Virus record (IMG/VR): IMGVR_UViG_3300029288_000076 | Span: 122,387 to 186,386 of that record | Direction: 5' to 3' (one strand) | DNA from: a virus | Lineage: Duplodnaviria > Caudoviricetes | DNA length: 64,000 nt | Shown: piece by piece, positions 56,717-64,000 of the stretch | Position numbering within the stretch: the first letter of the stretch is position 1 | Layout of the letters: the number at the start of each line of letters is the position of its first letter | The notes under the pieces: generated by a model | What the model was told of the DNA's origin: nothing | What the model saw: only the letters and a program-made list of their open reading frames with translations | The model's database searches: none | Program-made: the position numbers and the translations under genes

Positions 56717-59104
56717 TTATCCCCAAATATTGATTGTTAGATAACATGCATTATAAAGCAATGAATTTGCTGAACCTAGTTGCAATACATTTACATAATG
56801 ATATCCTGGAGTCATTAGTTGAATACCGGAACTTCCTGTTCTAAACCTATTGTCATCATTAGTTCCATTTCTAAAGTAAATAGTTGTTGTGTCATCTGGA
56901 ACAGAAGTAGAATCATAGCCTACAGAATTTGCATTTGCTCCACTAGATCCTGTTCCATAATAATAAACCTGCATCATTGTATGTAAGTTAAGAAAATCCT
57001 CATGTTGAATAAATTCAATTCTAGTTAAAGCAATGTTGTTTAGCCATGTTCTCCAAGATGCAGTTGTATACGAATGAGAAGTTGTATTACTAATAAAGCC
57101 ATATTTTTGTTTAGGGTTCCATTTACTAATAGCAAAAAGAGCTGAATTTTCATCATAATAAAATGGTGTTCCACTTGCTGTTACTAAATATACCCAACCT
57201 GCCAATCGCCAATTTTTAGCATCTCCTGTAGTTCCTAAATACTTGTTTGCATTTGGACTATATATACTAGTTCTTAACTGGTTCGGCATAGATGTAACTA
57301 AAGAATTGCTAGCGTAAACAAATAATGTAGTAGCAGCTACTGTAGGTGAAGTAGAATCTGTTCCATCATCTAAAATCATAGTTGAAAGATTATCTAGTGT
57401 TCTTATTGTAGTCGATAAATTAGCAATTTCTCCATTAATATAAAATAAGCCATTTGTTCCTCCTATACCAGTTAATTGGATCATATTAGATCCAACCATG
57501 GTCATCCTTACATTTGCTATTTCATTAAATAACGCAGATTGATTAATCCAAATAGATCCATTATATACCATAGTATCTAATGTAGCTGGAGCTGAAACAG
57601 TAACATCATCTAATCCAGCTAAACTATGAGTATAAGTACAATCAGTGTTTATCCATGTACTACCATCATGCATAAGAATATCTAAAGTAGCTGGAGAAAT
57701 AATTGTAACATCTGACATACTAGCTAATTTAGTAAATCCTGAACCAGTAGCGCTGAATTGAGTATTTATCCAGGTTGAACCATCAAATATTAAAGTGTCT
57801 ACTGTTGCTGGCGTAGCAATAACAACGTCAGATAAACTTCTTAATTCAGTTATTCCTCCTGGGTCATTTAAAGTTGTATTAACCCAAGTGCTTCCATCAT
57901 ACAGAATTATGTCTAAGGTAGCAGGAGTGATTGTAACATCAGAAAGACTTGCTAATTCAGTTACTCCACTGCTGCTTGCAGCCCATTTTACACCAGATGC
58001 CTCACCAGAATCTGCTGTCAATACCGTTCCGTTTGCGTCGACAGACAGTGCTACAAACGTCCCCGCCGCAGTCCCGACGAGGATAACACCTTTCGCTGTG
58101 TATCCTGATTCTAATACATATTGAGTATGGGGATCGCCTTCTTCGAGATTTAAGAGACCGGCATGATCTATGATAGGCTCATATAACATTGTACGGGCGA
58201 CAATCTGCATCGCTCCTTCGCCGACTCCCTTGACCAGAACCGTTCCAATCTCCTGACGGATATTAGGGTATGTTGGCGGTGTGGTAGTCATAGCACCTGC
58301 GATATCAGCCGATACATATAACACATCCCCTTCTGCAAATGCGTCCGTATTGAAATGTTCCATCAGGCCAACCTGCATCACCCGGCCAAACGTGCCAGAC
58401 GTTATTTCCTCGATGGCTATTCCGATAGCGGGCATGGTATCAATCGAATCTGATTTGGCAAGATCAACCGTTGGTACGTTCCGGGACGATCCGGTGGCAT
58501 AAACCAACTGCCCTATTGTGATATCTACATCTGCCTTGACCACATACACAGAATCACGTACTAATTTACGCACCATCCCGGTTGCATCTATGGATTCGAG
58601 GAATGTGAAACCCTTAAAATCCATCGCCCGGATACGGATAACATCTGCCGCCGGAGTCGTATCATCGGCGGTTTCGGTAAAATCTATATATGCCTCAACG
58701 GGATTTGCCCCGTCAACTCTAACGTATGTATCGTCGGAAACGCCTGTATCTTGTAAATAACCTCCAGCTGTCAAAGAAACAAAATTATCTTGACTTCCAG
58801 TAATTGGATTATGATCACTTAAGCTATCAAAATCATGAAGTCTAACATGGATATTATCATGATCATAAATACTTTCATGGACAGACATTATATTAGTTGG
58901 AATTAAAGAGGTGATATAAGTAGAATGAATATATGTAGATAAATGATTTGTTAATTGAGCCCCTATGTAAACACTAGTAACTCTAGAAGCTAAAAGATTA
59001 TCCGGAGTAATTCTATAATTAGTTAGATTTTGGACAATAGGGATAAACTCAGCACCACTAATAGAAGTAGTTAGAGTATCTTCACTTATTTTTATATCTG
59101 CCAT
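56717..59104 (-). CDS. Tail fibre / receptor-binding-like virion protein
   Basis: Four L.SLSDV.I..PAT.D.L.(Y/F/H)(D/N)GS.W.N repeats; Thr/Ser/Gly-rich; end of the tail module. Confidence 0.7.
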   Translation of the reverse strand: MADIKISEDTLTTSISGAEFIPIVQNLTNYRITPDNLLASRVTSVYIGAQLTNHLSTYIHSTYITSLIPTNIMSVHESIYDHDNIHVRLHDFDSLSDHNPITGSQDNFVSLTAGGYLQDTGVSDDTYVRVDGANPVEAYIDFTETADDTTPAADVIRIRAMDFKGFTFLESIDATGMVRKLVRDSVYVVKADVDITIGQLVYATGSSRNVPTVDLAKSDSIDTMPAIGIAIEEITSGTFGRVMQVGLMEHFNTDAFAEGDVLYVSADIAGAMTTTPPTYPNIRQEIGTVLVKGVGEGAMQIVARTMLYEPIIDHAGLLNLEEGDPHTQYVLESGYTAKGVILVGTAAGTFVALSVDANGTVLTADSGEASGVKWAASSSGVTELASLSDVTITPATLDIILYDGSTWVNTTLNDPGGITELRSLSDVVIATPATVDTLIFDGSTWINTQFSATGSGFTKLASMSDVTIISPATLDILMHDGSTWINTDCTYTHSLAGLDDVTVSAPATLDTMVYNGSIWINQSALFNEIANVRMTMVGSNMIQLTGIGGTNGLFYINGEIANLSTTIRTLDNLSTMILDDGTDSTSPTVAATTLFVYASNSLVTSMPNQLRTSIYSPNANKYLGTTGDAKNWRLAGWVYLVTASGTPFYYDENSALFAISKWNPKQKYGFISNTTSHSYTTASWRTWLNNIALTRIEFIQHEDFLNLHTMMQVYYYGTGSSGANANSVGYDSTSVPDDTTTIYFRNGTNDDNRFRTGSSGIQLMTPGYHYVNVLQLGSANSLLYNACYLTINIWG

Positions 59105-59109
59105 TTTTA

Positions 59110-59526
59110 TTATTCCCTAACAAATCTATTTCCATCTTCACGAAGTATATAAGAAGCATCCTCTCTTAAAATATATCCAGTAACAGCCTCTTCAACAAAT
59201 ATTTTATTTTCTTCGAATGGTAAATAACTTTCACCATTTACATTTAAAATAAAGAAATTTTGATCATCTATAACATATGAAACTCCAGAAGCGAAAATAT
59301 TTTCTCCTTCCCAACCTCTTTTATCACTTTTTAAAGTTATATAATCAAAAGGGTTTAAAATCTTAAAAGTTTCTAAACTAATATCAATATTATGAACTTG
59401 AGTAAAACTTTTATTAACTTCACACTTTCCATATAAAACTGCTTCTTCTTCTGTGGTCAGATTTTCAACCTGAACAGTTCCAATTGGTCTGTCTCCCCTA
59501 CCCTTTTTAACTTTAATATCTATCAT
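59110..59526 (-). CDS. Tail-associated protein (paralogue of 59825..60145)
   Basis: MIDIKVKKGRGDRPIGTVQVENLTTE. Confidence 0.55.
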   Translation of the reverse strand: MIDIKVKKGRGDRPIGTVQVENLTTEEEAVLYGKCEVNKSFTQVHNIDISLETFKILNPFDYITLKSDKRGWEGENIFASGVSYVIDDQNFFILNVNGESYLPFEENKIFVEEAVTGYILREDASYILREDGNRFVRE

Positions 59527-59828
59527 ACTAAGTACGTTTTTAAGTTAGAGCTTGCAGAACCGGGAGCATATCTTAATATAGAAACAGTTCCTCCTATATT
59601 TTTAGTCTTTGTCACTTCTACAGTAGCATTAATTGGATAAGTATTTGAATCACTATCAGGAGCAACAGCTTTTACATACCCTCCATCTAATAGTTGAATT
59701 GTATAAATCTTTTTTGAATTACTATATGCAATAATTCTACCAGTATCAATATTGTTTATTGATTGTCCAGCAGCTAAAATTTGCAGTTGTTGTGTTACTT
59801 TAAGATTATCTTTATATGACATTATCAA
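59523..59828 (-). CDS. Tail/baseplate-associated small protein
   Basis: Context; OB-like beta-rich pattern. Confidence 0.4.
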   Translation of the reverse strand: MIMSYKDNLKVTQQLQILAAGQSINNIDTGRIIAYSNSKKIYTIQLLDGGYVKAVAPDSDSNTYPINATVEVTKTKNIGGTVSILRYAPGSASSNLKTYLV

Positions 59829-60145
59829 TCCTCAAAATTAATATAATCTTCACATTCTGCGTTAGTAGTACAAATATTATTTTCATCAATAGTTAAAGAA
59901 ATAGAAGATAGAAATAAAGTTTTGCCTATCCACCCTCTTTGATTGCTATTTACGTTTACACAATCAAAAGGATCAGCTATAATACACTCTTCTTGTGAAA
60001 TTCCAATTTTATCAACCATTACCCATTGGTCATTTATCTCTTTTTCACCATAAAGTAAAGCCTCAGCTTCTGTTGTTAAATTTTCAACTTGAATAGTGCC
60101 AATGGGTCTATCACCAGCTCCTCTTTTAACTTTTAAATCTATCAT
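59825..60145 (-). CDS. Tail-associated protein (paralogue of 59110..59526)
   Basis: MIDLKVKRGAGDRPIGTIQVENLTTE. Confidence 0.55.
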   Translation of the reverse strand: MIDLKVKRGAGDRPIGTIQVENLTTEAEALLYGEKEINDQWVMVDKIGISQEECIIADPFDCVNVNSNQRGWIGKTLFLSSISLTIDENNICTTNAECEDYINFED

Positions 60146-62694
60146 TGAGTAACTACAACCCTAACATAAACTATTCCATGATAATATATTGAAACTGGAT
60201 TTTTTATAGTTTCTGAATTACTGCTTACATTAATATATTCTTCAAAAGTGGCATATTCTCCGGTCCACCAAGACCCGTTAACTTCACCTTCTGTTCGACC
60301 GCCTATCTTTTCTAATACTGATGCTGGAGCATAATTAGCTCCATTAATAGATGTATTTACAGATTCATAACCTTCTGCTAAACATTCTACTTCAGCTGTG
60401 AAAGGGACAGCTCTTTTAAACGTAGCCCACCCTTTATCAACTCCCATTTCAACCACCCCCATCCCACCTGGATTACCAGAAGTAAATTGAGTTTCCTCAT
60501 CAAATGCATTTTCTGTTTTTGGCCACCAAATAGTAACTGAAGCTCCAGCTATTCCTGTATCAGTTTCAGAATCTTTAACAAAAACTTTAAGTGTAAATTG
60601 AGGAACTTCGGGATTAATCTTTTCGTCTTGTTGTTCTGTTTCTTCAAAATAACCATAAACCACGCATAAAACAATAGTATTGACACCTATTGTGTCAGTA
60701 TAAATAGAACAATTAGTGCATACATTATTACTAAATTCATAATATCCATTATCTAAAGGAGGAAGATACTTTTTTAATTTTAATGGATTATCAGCTTCTG
60801 AATACCCAGAGAACACTCCTGAAAACTCAATTGGTTGCCATTCACTATAATAATGATCATAATTATTATTATCTTTATTGTTACTGTTATCATTGTTATT
60901 GTTATTGTTGTCGGTACTGCTTTTATTTATAGATATCTCACAAATATCTATTTCGGATCCAGCCATACCTAATATATGAGTTACATCTTCTAATGAAGAA
61001 GGCATTGTTGAAGGAGCTGTAAATAGAATTTTAGCTAATCCTCCAGTAACATACGTAGCCCAAATATTAGCTCCTTGAGGAAATAAAGGGACGTCTACTC
61101 CTAAAATAACAGTACTACCAGATACTGTTTCTATGCTGCTTATATAATTAGTTCCAGATTTAGTTGAATTTAAATATAGCCCAGAAATTGAGCTTGGTAT
61201 ATCTGGAAGACTCAACCTAGACTCAGTATGACCGGCACCACTTATTTTTATATTATCTACTATAGTTGATAAAGTTGTAGCTGTATTTGCAGATAATGAT
61301 CCATGACCTTCTATAATTGAAAAAGTAACAGTAAAACCATCATAAATTGGATTACCACTTGAGTTAGTAACTTTAGCCATAATATCTGCAGTTTCAGTTA
61401 TAGCTAAAGAACTTGGATTAGCAGATAAAGAAATGCCAGAAACATTAGGGTCTTGTACAGTAACAAGTTTATAATCATTAGCAGAACCTCCACCAGAAGA
61501 AGAGAATTCTGCTTCTATCCATACCCAACCTCCACCACCATCTTGAGATCTAACCCTTGTGGTAGCAGAACCATCCTCTATTAGAACGCTTGGAGAAGAA
61601 ATATCAACACTAACATCATATGCAGTTGATTGAGAGAATGTACATAGTCTTCCACCTCTATATGTTATTAAGTAGTCAGTATTCATTGGCATAAAAGTTG
61701 AAGTAATAATTGTTGTTTCACCTTTTTTATAAGCATCTGGTCCAAGTTCTACCACAGTAGAATGCCCTCCGATACCATCATCTAACCAAATGCCAACAAC
61801 TTCTGCTATTGGATTTGAAACGCTTATTTCAAAAGCTGAAGAATCAGATGCTTGTTGAGACTCATCTTCATATAAAGTTAAAGTTTCTAATTCTCCAGAA
61901 GGCTTATAGCAAAGAGCAGTAGCATATAGATAGTCGGCTCCATCTGATTTTAAAGAGTCTTTTGAAAGTCCTAGCTTTACAACGGGTCTGTTTTTTTCAT
62001 ATGTCCCACCTTCATAAGATTGAACTCTTATTTCATTTTTTCCTTCGGGAATAGTACGATCTTCTGACAAACCAATAATATCAAATTTTCCATCAAATGT
62101 AGCTACTGAGGGTTTTCCTTCTGTTGTAAATTCTTTATACGTAGCAACAAGAGTATCGTCATGATAAGTTATTAATGTTCCATTGCAAGCTTTAACTAAA
62201 TCATTTATTATTTCAAGTGGAGTCTTTTTATCAGTACCATATTTTGATGCAGGAAGAGTTGAATCAGGAATTAGCCAGCTTAAAGTTATTCCGCTTGTGC
62301 AAAGAGTTTCTGCGACTGCTTTTTTAGAATTTAGATTTTCAAAGATAGTAGTTATTTGAGTAGAATAAGGTTCATCTAAAATAGCAACGGCAGATCTACC
62401 TGAAATAGAGGCTTCTGCACCAATAATACCAGTACTAAAGCTAGTAGATTCCCAAAAGAAATTCCCCATAAAAATTGAATTTAAATAAAGTTGAATTCTT
62501 GTTTGAGTCCATTCTTGGTCACGTCTTAAGTATTCTCTTTTTCCATATATAATACTTTTATCTCTAAGATAAATTGTAATATGCTTAACAGGAGCGTCTT
62601 CAGAATTATTATACTCAATGCGATAAACTTTATCACTAATGTCTACACCGTCTAGATAAACTTGTTTTGTAACTTGCTTGATTTCAATTGCCAT
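60142..62694 (-). CDS. Baseplate hub / central tail protein with Ig-like domains
   Basis: Hub-like N-terminus (ISGRS...TPLEIINDL); invasin-type Ig pattern ISLSANPSS...AKVTNSSGNPIYDG.TVTF. Confidence 0.6.
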   Translation of the reverse strand: MAIEIKQVTKQVYLDGVDISDKVYRIEYNNSEDAPVKHITIYLRDKSIIYGKREYLRRDQEWTQTRIQLYLNSIFMGNFFWESTSFSTGIIGAEASISGRSAVAILDEPYSTQITTIFENLNSKKAVAETLCTSGITLSWLIPDSTLPASKYGTDKKTPLEIINDLVKACNGTLITYHDDTLVATYKEFTTEGKPSVATFDGKFDIIGLSEDRTIPEGKNEIRVQSYEGGTYEKNRPVVKLGLSKDSLKSDGADYLYATALCYKPSGELETLTLYEDESQQASDSSAFEISVSNPIAEVVGIWLDDGIGGHSTVVELGPDAYKKGETTIITSTFMPMNTDYLITYRGGRLCTFSQSTAYDVSVDISSPSVLIEDGSATTRVRSQDGGGGWVWIEAEFSSSGGGSANDYKLVTVQDPNVSGISLSANPSSLAITETADIMAKVTNSSGNPIYDGFTVTFSIIEGHGSLSANTATTLSTIVDNIKISGAGHTESRLSLPDIPSSISGLYLNSTKSGTNYISSIETVSGSTVILGVDVPLFPQGANIWATYVTGGLAKILFTAPSTMPSSLEDVTHILGMAGSEIDICEISINKSSTDNNNNNNDNSNNKDNNNYDHYYSEWQPIEFSGVFSGYSEADNPLKLKKYLPPLDNGYYEFSNNVCTNCSIYTDTIGVNTIVLCVVYGYFEETEQQDEKINPEVPQFTLKVFVKDSETDTGIAGASVTIWWPKTENAFDEETQFTSGNPGGMGVVEMGVDKGWATFKRAVPFTAEVECLAEGYESVNTSINGANYAPASVLEKIGGRTEGEVNGSWWTGEYATFEEYINVSSNSETIKNPVSIYYHGIVYVRVVVTQ

Positions 62695-63533
62695 TACGTA
62701 TTGTTCACTTCTGTCAATCTAATTCTATTAAAAGTTGTACCGTATATCTTATTTACCTCAACTAATCTAATTCTATTTTGATTTGTATAACCAGCAATTT
62801 CAGTTAAAGCAGACCCACCAACTCTACTACGAGAATGCCTAACTATTTGAAGTAAATTATTTCTTGATCGGAGTTGATATTTTTGTCCTATATCTGTTAT
62901 ATTTATATAATTGCATTTTAATGTTCCAAAAGAATAGTTAGTCCATTGATCACCAATAAACCAGTACCAATTAGTTTGATCATGCTGAATATAGCTATTT
63001 ATAATAGTTGTTTGTGAACCATTATCTAACTTAAATTTTTTTGTTACAGGATTAAAAATTACATTTATATAATAATCTATATCTTGGGAAATGTTTCTTG
63101 TTATTGAAGAAGCAACCCAAGTTTCATTGGTACCATCATATCTATAAACAGATCCTGCATTTGTATAAAAACTCCATAGTTCTTTATATACACCATTAAC
63201 ATTTTGTAGCATGCATCTAATCCTAAAAGCACCTATATTTGATAGGGTTATAGGAGATGTAGATTGAGTAATAGCTAATACATGAATATTGTTTCCAGTA
63301 TTAATAGAAGTTATATTATAACCAACTTTTATTTTAATTGATTTATCATAAAATTCAGAAACTTTAGCTTCATCTAAATTTGTTATAATAGCGGCATCTG
63401 AAGTAGCTGTTGTAACTATTATCGCTATAGAATTGCTTTGCGTAATAGAACCCCCTCCGTCAGTTGTAGTAACTATTGTTGGCTGAAAAGTTCCATCTGG
63501 CAAATTAAAATTTTCAATAAAAAAGAAACCCAA
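62694..63533 (-). CDS. Putative virion structural protein
   Basis: Beta-rich Thr/Asn/Ile composition; tail module context. Confidence 0.5.
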   Translation of the reverse strand: MGFFFIENFNLPDGTFQPTIVTTTDGGGSITQSNSIAIIVTTATSDAAIITNLDEAKVSEFYDKSIKIKVGYNITSINTGNNIHVLAITQSTSPITLSNIGAFRIRCMLQNVNGVYKELWSFYTNAGSVYRYDGTNETWVASSITRNISQDIDYYINVIFNPVTKKFKLDNGSQTTIINSYIQHDQTNWYWFIGDQWTNYSFGTLKCNYINITDIGQKYQLRSRNNLLQIVRHSRSRVGGSALTEIAGYTNQNRIRLVEVNKIYGTTFNRIRLTEVNNT

Positions 63534-63534
63534 T

Positions 63535-63996
63535 TTATTTTCCTATATATATTTTATATAATATTGTTCCACTTCCACTATCTGGGGAATAGTTACCTAC
63601 TCGTATTTCGCCCGTAGCTCCAACAGATATTACTGAGTTAAAACCACCTGAATTAATATATCCTTTTATACCTAAATATTTTCTTTCGGTTACTATATCA
63701 TCAGATCTCTTCCAATATCCAGAAACGTAAACAATTTTTATTTTTGAATAACCAGGAGGAACAGTTATCTTACCTCCAGCCCACATATTTGATCCTGGAG
63801 TCCAATTCCATCCCCATGAAGACCAAGAACCACTCCAATAAACTATTCCCCCATACTGCGTCCACGTTATAGAAGACCCAGATTTTTGTTGGTCTTCTAA
63901 TGATTTTTGTTGGTCTTCTAATTCTTTTGCAGTAATATTTATTCTGAAACCTCCAGTTCCAGGCCCTCCAGTTCCATTATTATTCATTTCTATCAA
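63535..63996 (-). CDS. Putative virion protein, probably truncated by the window edge
   Basis: Frame open to the window end; Gly/Trp-rich; in-frame LEDQQKS duplication. Confidence 0.5.
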   Translation of the reverse strand: MIEMNNNGTGGPGTGGFRINITAKELEDQQKSLEDQQKSGSSITWTQYGGIVYWSGSWSSWGWNWTPGSNMWAGGKITVPPGYSKIKIVYVSGYWKRSDDIVTERKYLGIKGYINSGGFNSVISVGATGEIRVGNYSPDSGSGTILYKIYIGK

Positions 63997-64000
63997 AAAA

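Noticed and set aside
57795-58760. Plus-strand ORFs inside the tail-fibre gene
   Set aside because: Antisense shadows favoured by the locally high GC
63881-63921. 21-nt tandem repeat
   Set aside because: Simple in-frame duplication (LEDQQKS x2) with no further structure
1-64000. CRISPR array that would make the TnpB a Cas12f-type effector
   Set aside because: No regularly spaced repeat-spacer array was seen near 25-27 kb or elsewhere. The 38-bp repeat is a gene-end duplication with a 627-bp period.

Overview
This window is a 64-kb segment of an AT-rich, large dsDNA tailed bacteriophage genome, translated with the standard code. Lipoprotein/spanin-like genes suggest a diderm host. (1) 1-46.3 kb, minus strand: one long operon-like block with replication and recombination genes (initiator candidate, DnaC-like loader, DnaB helicase, primase, DnaE-type polymerase, SSB, RecA, UvsY/UvsW-like proteins, 5'-3' exonuclease, SbcCD). 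It also holds a cytosine-modification cassette (Asp-type thymidylate-synthase homologue, T4 BGT-like glycosyltransferase, dNMP kinase, all-alpha dNTPase, UDG-like protein, dCMP deaminase). An unusually large soluble glycan-building kit is interleaved: nucleotide-sugar dehydrogenase, 2-epimerase, WbmG/H-like SDR, AsnB-like amide ligase, GNAT, SGNH, two methyltransferases and six paralogous GT-A glycosyltransferases sharing an atypical four-cysteine signature. Three HNH endonucleases and a solo TnpB lie in the same block. (2) 46.3-55.5 kb, plus strand: small genes, seven tRNAs, two frameshifted endonucleases, a sigma-like factor and a tubulin/TubZ-PhuZ homologue, followed by ~0.6 kb of extremely AT-rich non-coding DNA. 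(3) 56.1-64 kb, minus strand: spanin-like pair and tail genes. The best candidate for a new system is a pathway that may build an oligosaccharide on modified cytosine in the phage DNA; this is an inference, and virion or host-surface glycosylation are alternatives. All family calls come from motif recognition by eye, without database searches.
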